Shown here piece after piece: positions 58,178 through 64,000 of a DNA stretch of 64,000 bases; the stretch's first letter is position 1; every line of letters starts with the position of its first letter. The notes beneath the pieces are model-generated. The model saw only the letters and a list, made by a program, of their open reading frames with translations, was not told the DNA's origin and searched no databases. This DNA is from Shuttleworthella sp. (lineage in GTDB: Bacteria; Bacillota; Clostridia; Lachnospirales; Lachnospiraceae), in the NCBI GenBank assembly GCA_045544375.1, contig JAZPYY010000028.1, positions 2,183-66,182 of the forward strand, in the 5' to 3' direction. The position numbers and the translations under genes were made by a program.

Positions 58178-59854
58178 ATGCGAGTCTGTCTTTTAAATGA
58201 TTCTTTTCCCCCGGTCATCGACGGTGTGGTAAACGTCATGATGAACTACGCAGATTACCTGATGAAGGATCATGACGCGAAGATCATCGTCGGTACGCCC
58301 AAGTATCCGGACACGGACTACACGGTTTATCCCTATCCGGTGGTTCCCTATCCCAGTCTAAACACCGCTGGTTCCACCAACGGCTACCGCACGGGCAATC
58401 CTTTTGCGGAGCGCAGCGTGTCGGCGCTGGCGGATTTTGCCCCCGACCTGATTCATTCCCACTGCCCGGCGTCTTCCACGGTGATTGCCCGGCTGCTGCG
58501 GGACCGGACAGACGCGCCCATCGTCTTTACCTATCACACCAAGTACGATATCGACATCGAGCGGTTCATGAAGGCAAAACTGGCGGCCAAGGAGACCATC
58601 AAAGCCATGGTCAGCAACATTGAAGCCTGCGACGATGTGTGGGTGGTCAGCCGAGGCGCCGGCGAGAGCCTGAAGGCATTAGGATTTCAGGGAGATTACC
58701 GGGTCGTGAACAATGGTGTGGATTTCTCCAAGGGCCGGGTGGATGCAGAGACGGTGAGCCGGGTGACGGCCAAGGCCGATCTGCCCGACGGTGTGCCGGT
58801 CTTTCTGTTTGTGGGCCGCATGATGACCTATAAGAACATTCCGCTGATTTTGGATGCCCTGGCGCTTCTGGCCCAAACGGGACAGGATTTTCGGATGCTG
58901 TTTATCGGTAAAGGTCCGGATCAGCCGATCCTGGAGGAAAAAGCCCGCAATCTGGGGCTTCTGGGGGGCGACGGCGCGCCGGCGAAGTGCATTTTCTTAG
59001 GTCCGGTGTACGACCGCAACGAACTGCGCGCCTGGAATACCCGGGCGGATCTGTTCCTGTTTCCCTCCACCTTTGATACCAACGGTCTGGTGGTGCGGGA
59101 GGCAGCGGCCTGCGGACTGGCCAGCGTGCTGATCAAGGATTCCTGCGCGGCGGAGGGCATCACCGACGGCCGCAACGGTTTTATCATCGAGGAGACGCCG
59201 GAAGCCATGGCGGCGCTGCTTTCCGAGGTGAGCAAGGATCTGTCTCATCTCCATGATGTGGGACAGCACGCCATGGACGAGATCTACCTGTCCTGGGAAA
59301 CCTGCGTTTCGGACGCCTACGATCGCTACGGCGAGATTCTGGACATGAAGGCCGCAGGCACTCTTCCGAAAAAAAAGATGATGCCCACGGATTTTCTGCT
59401 GAAACTTACCGCCCGCAGCATGGAGGAAAAGGAACTGTTCCGCCTGGTGCGCAGGGATCTGTTTGGCGACTTCCGTGAGACTGCCGTAGGTATGATGGAA
59501 AATATGCAGGATGCGGCGGGCGCGGTCAAAGGCGGCGTGACTGCCGTGGCAAATGCCACCATTGGCGGTGTGAAGGCGGTATCAGACGCGGCGGTGGAAA
59601 ACACCCAGGAAGTGACCGGCATTTTAAAGAGCGGGGTGAAAGCCGTATCGGACGTCACCATCGGCGGCGTGAAGGCGGTGTCGGACGCGGCGGTGGAAAA
59701 TACCCAGGAAGTGGCGGAGATTGTCAAAGACGGTCTAAAAACTGCGGTCAGCGTGCCGGGACGGCTGATGGATAAGCTTTCGGACAGTGTGGATGCAGCG
59801 CAGGCCAAGGCGGATCAGTTGTGGGATGCCATGTTTGAAGACGAAGAGGATTAA
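58178..59854 (+). CDS. GT4-family glycosyltransferase with a C-terminal tandem-repeat extension
   Basis: MRVCLLNDSFPPVIDGV (GT4 N-terminus) and FPSTFDTNGLVVREAAACG (EX7E-type region) are present. The C-terminus has 33-aa repeats IGGVKAVSDAAVENTQEV. Confidence 0.85.
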   Translation: MRVCLLNDSFPPVIDGVVNVMMNYADYLMKDHDAKIIVGTPKYPDTDYTVYPYPVVPYPSLNTAGSTNGYRTGNPFAERSVSALADFAPDLIHSHCPASSTVIARLLRDRTDAPIVFTYHTKYDIDIERFMKAKLAAKETIKAMVSNIEACDDVWVVSRGAGESLKALGFQGDYRVVNNGVDFSKGRVDAETVSRVTAKADLPDGVPVFLFVGRMMTYKNIPLILDALALLAQTGQDFRMLFIGKGPDQPILEEKARNLGLLGGDGAPAKCIFLGPVYDRNELRAWNTRADLFLFPSTFDTNGLVVREAAACGLASVLIKDSCAAEGITDGRNGFIIEETPEAMAALLSEVSKDLSHLHDVGQHAMDEIYLSWETCVSDAYDRYGEILDMKAAGTLPKKKMMPTDFLLKLTARSMEEKELFRLVRRDLFGDFRETAVGMMENMQDAAGAVKGGVTAVANATIGGVKAVSDAAVENTQEVTGILKSGVKAVSDVTIGGVKAVSDAAVENTQEVAEIVKDGLKTAVSVPGRLMDKLSDSVDAAQAKADQLWDAMFEDEED

Positions 59855-59873
59855 GCGTCTTTTCGCAATGAGC

Positions 59874-59904
59874 CATGCGGGCGGCATTGTCTGCCGCCCG
59901 CATG
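59874..59904 (+). terminator. Terminator-like hairpin after the GT4 gene
   Basis: Perfect 12-bp arms CATGCGGGCGGC/GCCGCCCGCATG. The U-tract is weak. Confidence 0.5.
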
Positions 59905-60014
59905 TCATGGGTGAGGTATTATTTACTCTGTTCTGAACGATACATTTGTCTCATATTTTAAAGAAATATGCAAGACTTTTTAGGCTTAATGAGACGATTG
60001 GAGCAAATAGTCGC

Positions 60015-60626
60015 ATGAGAAGACATTTTACCCGGGAATACGTGACAGAAGCGCTGTTTCGTTTGATGGAAAAGAAACCCTTCTCGAAAATCACCATTTC
60101 GGAAGTGGTTGAGCTGGCCGGTACATCCCGCGCCTCCTTTTACCGGAATTATTTAAGTCTGGATGATGTGATTAAAGTCTGGGTAGAAGATTTTGTGGAA
60201 TCGGCCCGGCCAGTCAATCACATTTATATGTCTGATGTCTACGAATCCATCGAGAATCTTCTCTGCGCCATGGAACAGGCAAAATGGGAACTGACACTGA
60301 TCCACCAGGCCGGGCTGCTGTCTTATTTTCAGCAGACCATGAGAGATATGACCCGGCAGGAAGTGGATGCGGTGAACGTGACAAAAAATTCCTACCAGGC
60401 CTATTTTTACGGCGGCGCAACGGCCGGATTTCTGACCGCATGGATACAGAACGGGTTCCGGGAAAGCAGCGAAGAGATGGCCCGTCTGTACTTAGACTGC
60501 CTGCGGGGTTATACGGATTACGCCCTTCCGCTGATGGAGAAACGACAGCAGGAGCAGAAAGAGGGTCCCGAAGCCTTTGCGAGATTAAACAGCCCCGTCT
60601 CCAATATCCCGTCGAAGCGGGTGTAA
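60015..60626 (+). CDS. TetR/AcrR-family transcriptional regulator
   Basis: FSKITISEVVELAGTSRASFYRNY is the HTH. ATG 60015 follows TGGAG. Confidence 0.85.
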   Translation: MRRHFTREYVTEALFRLMEKKPFSKITISEVVELAGTSRASFYRNYLSLDDVIKVWVEDFVESARPVNHIYMSDVYESIENLLCAMEQAKWELTLIHQAGLLSYFQQTMRDMTRQEVDAVNVTKNSYQAYFYGGATAGFLTAWIQNGFRESSEEMARLYLDCLRGYTDYALPLMEKRQQEQKEGPEAFARLNSPVSNIPSKRV

Positions 60627-60667
60627 AGGCTGCATTTGACGTGTCGAATGGAATTGGCGAAAAGTGC

Positions 60668-60696
60668 TTGACACGGGCCGACTCCTTTTGTACAAT
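60668..60696 (+). promoter_or_regulatory. Promoter TTGACA-17-TACAAT for the tRNA-Ser/tRNA-Cys pair
   Basis: The -35 box is at 60668-60673 and the -10 box at 60691-60696. Confidence 0.65.
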
Positions 60697-60733
60697 AATT
60701 GGGCGCATGTTTCTATCGGTAAATCGTGCGTCT

Positions 60734-60821
60734 GGAGAAGTACTCAAGAGGCCGAAGAGGTGCCCCTGCTAAGGGTATAGGTCGGGAAACCGGCGCGAGG
60801 GTTCAAATCCCTCCTTCTCCG
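60734..60821 (+). tRNA. tRNA-Ser (anticodon GCU), class II with long variable arm
   Basis: I folded the cloverleaf by hand. Acceptor GGAGAAG/CTTCTCC, anticodon loop CTGCTAA, T-arm GAGGG-TTCAAAT-CCCTC. No CCA is encoded. Confidence 0.92.
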
Positions 60822-60897
60822 CTCGGAAGAAGGGCCGGATGAATCTTCGTTTTCACCAACAGCTTCTTCTCCTGAAAAAGCGGATTGTTCCGCAAGT

Positions 60898-60968
60898 GGC
60901 GCCATAGCCAAGTGGTAAGGCAAAGGTCTGCAACACCTCTATCACCAGTTCAAATCTGGTTGGCGCCT
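60898..60968 (+). tRNA. tRNA-Cys (anticodon GCA)
   Basis: Acceptor GGCGCCA/TGGCGCC, anticodon loop CTGCAAC, T-arm ACCAG-TTCAAAT-CTGGT. Confidence 0.92.
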
Positions 60969-60977
60969 CGGTTGAAA

Positions 60978-61008
60978 GGGATTGCGTTAATACGCAGTCC
61001 CTTTTATG
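60978..61008 (+). terminator. Terminator after tRNA-Cys
   Basis: GGGATTGCGT-TAAT-ACGCAGTCCC followed by TTTTATGTTT. Confidence 0.7.
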
Positions 61009-61062
61009 TTTGCGCGAAGCAATGAGCCATGCGCGGACGAGAAGAAAAGGAAAGGAATCCAT

Positions 61063-62070
61063 ATGAAACCAAAGGTATACATTGACGGACAGAGCGGCAC
61101 CACGGGCCTGCAGATCCATGAGCGCCTTGCCAACCGCAGCGACATCGAAGTGCTGCGCATCGATGAGGACAAGCGCCACGACAACGACGAGCGCAGAAAG
61201 ATGATCGCGGCAGCGGACATCGTTTTCTTATGCCTGCCGGACGCCGGCGCGCGGGAAGCCGTGGCCTTAGCCGAGGGCACCAATGCTCGCATCATCGACG
61301 CTTCCACGGCCCATCGCACGGCTCCGGGCTGGACCTACGGTTTTCCGGAACTGTCTGACGAGCAGCGCGATGCCATCAGAAACAGCAGCCGGGTGGCCAA
61401 TCCGGGCTGCCATGCCACGGGCTTTCTGTCCATCGCCGCGCCCCTGGTGCGCACGGGTCTGGTGCCGGCGGATTATCCCTTTACCTGCTATTCCCTCACC
61501 GGCTACAGTGGCGGCGGAAAGGGCATGATCGCCGAATACGAGGACGAGGCGCGAGATGAGAAGCTTTCTTCCCCGGCGCTGTACGGGCTGGGTCTGGCCC
61601 ACAAGCACCTGCCGGAGATGCAGGTGGTGGCACAGCTTGCGTCTGCACCGGCCTTCCTTCCGGTGGTGGATGACTATTACAAGGGCATGGCCACGACCAT
61701 CCTTTTGCACAACGATCTTTTAAATGCGTCTGCTGCGATGGCAGGTGAGAGTGTGCAGATTGCGGAAGCTGAAACGCCGGCGGAAAAAGCAGCGGTGAAA
61801 TCGCCGGTGACACCGGACGTGATCCGCGCAAAATTAAAAGAGTACTACGCCGGAGCGCAGTTTGTGCGGGTGTGTGACGCAGAAGAGCTTCCGCCGCGCA
61901 TCTACGCCAACACCTTAGCGGGCACCAACCGTCTGGAAATCTATGTGTACGGAAACGATGCACAGACGGGCATCACGGCCCTGTTTGACAACCTGGGCAA
62001 AGGTGCATCCGGCGCAGCCGTGCAGAACATGAACATCATGCTGGGTCTGCCGGAGGATACGGGACTGTAA
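61063..62070 (+). CDS. argC: N-acetyl-gamma-glutamyl-phosphate reductase (short type)
   Basis: MKPKVYIDGQSGTTGLQIHERL and the catalytic-Cys motif ANPGCHATG are present. Confidence 0.9.
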   Translation: MKPKVYIDGQSGTTGLQIHERLANRSDIEVLRIDEDKRHDNDERRKMIAAADIVFLCLPDAGAREAVALAEGTNARIIDASTAHRTAPGWTYGFPELSDEQRDAIRNSSRVANPGCHATGFLSIAAPLVRTGLVPADYPFTCYSLTGYSGGGKGMIAEYEDEARDEKLSSPALYGLGLAHKHLPEMQVVAQLASAPAFLPVVDDYYKGMATTILLHNDLLNASAAMAGESVQIAEAETPAEKAAVKSPVTPDVIRAKLKEYYAGAQFVRVCDAEELPPRIYANTLAGTNRLEIYVYGNDAQTGITALFDNLGKGASGAAVQNMNIMLGLPEDTGL

Positions 62071-62172
62071 AGGTCCATCCCACAACGCAATATAAGAAAA
62101 AGAATCAGTACTTTTGGCGACTTAATCATAACTTAGACGTAATAGAAGAAGGGGACAGGAGCGATCATACCT

Positions 62173-62898
62173 ATGGGAAACAGCAAAGCGGTTATTTTTG
62201 ACATGGACGGCACAACCTTAGATACGCTGGAGGATCTGCGCATCGCCATCAATTACGCCCTTGCGGCCCACGGACACCGGGGAGATTATCCCACGGAAGT
62301 GGTGCGGCTGTTTTTCGGAAGCGCCATCCGCGTCGCCATTGAGCGCGCCCTTTTCGCGGAGCAGATGAAGGAACCGCTGACGGCGGAAGAGGAAGCGGCC
62401 ATCCTATCCATCGGTGAGTCGAAGGAAAGCGACGCCGATCCAGCAGAGGTGGAGGCAATTTTAGAAACCTACCGACCCTATTACAACGCTCACTGCGATG
62501 ACCACACCGGCCCCTATGACGGTATTCCGGAAGTGCTTCTGGCACTGAAAAATGCCGGAATCAAAACCGCAGTGGTGTCCAACAAGCCGGACGCCGCTGT
62601 GCAGAAACTGGTGGAGGATCTGTTCCCCGGCCAGTTTGACTACTGCTTAGGACAGATCGACGGTGTGCCCAGAAAACCCCATCCGGCCATGACCGAACAG
62701 TGTCTGGCGGCCCTGGGGGCCGAAAAGGAAGATGCCGTCTATATCGGCGATTCCGAGGTGGATCTGGCCACGGCGAAAAACGCCCAGCTCGACGCCATCG
62801 GTGTTTCCTGGGGATTCCGCGGCAAAGCATTCCTGAAGTCTCAGGGCTGCGAAAGAATTGCGGACACGGCAGACGAACTGCTTCAGATGCTGATGTAA
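62173..62898 (+). CDS. HAD-superfamily hydrolase (phosphoglycolate phosphatase-like)
   Basis: Motif I VIFDMDGTTLDT, motif II VVSNK and motif IV IGDSEVD are present. Confidence 0.85.
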   Translation: MGNSKAVIFDMDGTTLDTLEDLRIAINYALAAHGHRGDYPTEVVRLFFGSAIRVAIERALFAEQMKEPLTAEEEAAILSIGESKESDADPAEVEAILETYRPYYNAHCDDHTGPYDGIPEVLLALKNAGIKTAVVSNKPDAAVQKLVEDLFPGQFDYCLGQIDGVPRKPHPAMTEQCLAALGAEKEDAVYIGDSEVDLATAKNAQLDAIGVSWGFRGKAFLKSQGCERIADTADELLQMLM

Positions 62899-62909
62899 AA
62901 AGGAGCCGT

Positions 62910-63647
62910 ATGGGTCGATTACGTAATATTCCAGGCGCGGATGACGTGCTTTCAAAAAGTGCATATGTGGTGCAGAATCCGGCGGAGCACGCCGGACACT
63001 GGCAGGAACTGTTTGCGCAAGATGAGCCGAAGCCTCTGTTTGCCGAGTTTGGCATGGGCAAGGGGAAGTTTATCACCCAGATGGCGGCTCTTCATCCAGA
63101 GAGCAATTATATCGGTGTGGAGCGGTATTCTTCCGTGCTGCTGCGGGCGGTTCAGAAACTGCAGGGCAGCGATACGGCCGCGGAAACCGGCTCACAGCCG
63201 GAATCTGAAACGGCAGCTGTGCCTTCCGCCGGCGACCGGTTTACGGAAACAGCGGTTCGTCCGAATCTCCGCCTTCTGTGTGCGGATGCGGCGGATGCGG
63301 ATCAGATTTTTGCCGACGGGGAACTGTCCGGTGTGTACCTGAATTTTTCCGATCCCTGGCCGAAGGATCGCCATGCGAAACGGCGGCTGGTGGCGCCGGG
63401 TTTTCTGGCCCTGTTTGCAAAGGTGACGAAAACCGGCGGCGTGCTGGAATTTAAAACCGATAACACGGATCTTTTTGCCTTCGGGCTGGAATCCCTTCTG
63501 GCCAGTCCCGACTGGGAACTGCTGTATGAAACCCGCGATCTGCATGCGGATGAGGCGCTGTACGCCGGAAATGTCATGACCGAATACGAAGAAAAGTTTT
63601 CGACCCGGGGTCAGGCCATCTGCAAATTTGCGGCGAAGCGGCTGTAA
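62910..63647 (+). CDS. trmB: tRNA (guanine46-N7)-methyltransferase
   Basis: FGMGKGKF, LNFSDPWPKDRHAKRRL and TEYEEKF blocks are present. ATG 62910 follows AAGGAG. Compared with the recalled B. subtilis TrmB there is a ~30-aa insertion after VQKLQ. Confidence 0.9.
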   Translation: MGRLRNIPGADDVLSKSAYVVQNPAEHAGHWQELFAQDEPKPLFAEFGMGKGKFITQMAALHPESNYIGVERYSSVLLRAVQKLQGSDTAAETGSQPESETAAVPSAGDRFTETAVRPNLRLLCADAADADQIFADGELSGVYLNFSDPWPKDRHAKRRLVAPGFLALFAKVTKTGGVLEFKTDNTDLFAFGLESLLASPDWELLYETRDLHADEALYAGNVMTEYEEKFSTRGQAICKFAAKRL

Positions 63648-63836
63648 AGCCTACGGGCAGCGGCGGGATTATTGCGGCGAAGCAGCTGCGGATTTGTGAT
63701 GTGTCTCTTTCGCGTATCCGCGAGCGAAGCAAGACCGGCAGTGCTCGGCGATTCGTTTCCGCCACGCATCGGGGCGAAGAAAAAGAACCAGAAAAAAGAG
63801 TCAAATGACGTCCAAACAAGAAAATTAAAAAAATGC

Positions 63837-63865
63837 TTGCATTTCGCCTGAAGGTGCTCTATAAT
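63837..63865 (+). promoter_or_regulatory. Promoter TTGCAT-17-TATAAT for tRNA-Lys
   Basis: The -35 box is at 63837-63842 and the -10 box at 63860-63865, 22 nt before the tRNA. Confidence 0.7.
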
Positions 63866-63887
63866 ACCTCTTGCACTGCAAAAGCAT

Positions 63888-63960
63888 GCGCGATTAGCTC
63901 AGCTGGCAGAGCACCTGACTCTTAATCAGGGTGTCCAGGGTTCGAGCCCCTGATCGCGCA
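63888..63960 (+). tRNA. tRNA-Lys (anticodon CUU)
   Basis: Acceptor GCGCGAT/ATCGCGC, anticodon loop CTCTTAA, T-arm CAGGG-TTCGAGC-CCCTG. Confidence 0.92.
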
Positions 63961-64000
63961 CGGAAGGTCTCAGTCCTTTGTTTTCAGAGGGTTGGGGCTT

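Overview
This window is the chromosomal replication-origin neighbourhood of a GC-rich Firmicutes/Clostridia-type genome. The taxonomic assignment is inferred from gene content: a SCIFF peptide with its maturase, a fused SecDF, a two-subunit class I fumarate hydratase, and the order rpmH-rnpA-yidD-yidC-jag-mnmE-mnmG-rsmG | dnaA-dnaN-yaaA-recF-gyrB-gyrA. The coding strand flips at about 46.7-47.1 kb. Of the 21 CDS between 22.2 and 46.7 kb, 20 are on the minus strand. All 13 CDS and 3 tRNAs from 47.1 kb onward are on the plus strand. Two perfect DnaA boxes sit upstream of dnaA.

The left half mixes housekeeping genes with accessory-looking loci. The housekeeping genes are dapA-dapB behind a lysine riboswitch, typA, cysK, glyA and secDF. 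The accessory-looking loci are:
- an OmpR-type response regulator with a histidine kinase;
- a BlaI / SGNH-esterase / BlaR1-like operon;
- a Loop-1-length beta-glucuronidase locus (esterase, GUS, TM2 protein, GPH symporter, AraC regulator);
- a cytoplasmic Cys-type sulfatase inside a CUT2-type ABC transporter operon with its own AraC regulator.

I found no transposase, integrase, phage gene, CRISPR array, rRNA or recognisable defence system.

The features not explained by ordinary annotation are:
1. Several families of GC-rich hairpin modules recur only in intergenic DNA and are chained into ORF-less blocks of 140-560 bp.
2. Two perfect parS sites lie next to a roughly 560 bp ORF-less block, in the position where parAB normally follows rsmG.
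3. A pair of paralogous genes for membrane proteins of unknown function brackets dapAB. One copy is split by a single in-frame TAA that aligns to a Tyr in the intact copy.
4. A palindromic element predicted to form a four-way junction fills the gyrB-gyrA gap.
5. A strictly 81-bp-periodic tandem array lies between gyrA and the fumarate hydratase genes.

All functional calls come from motif recognition by eye. No database search was run.
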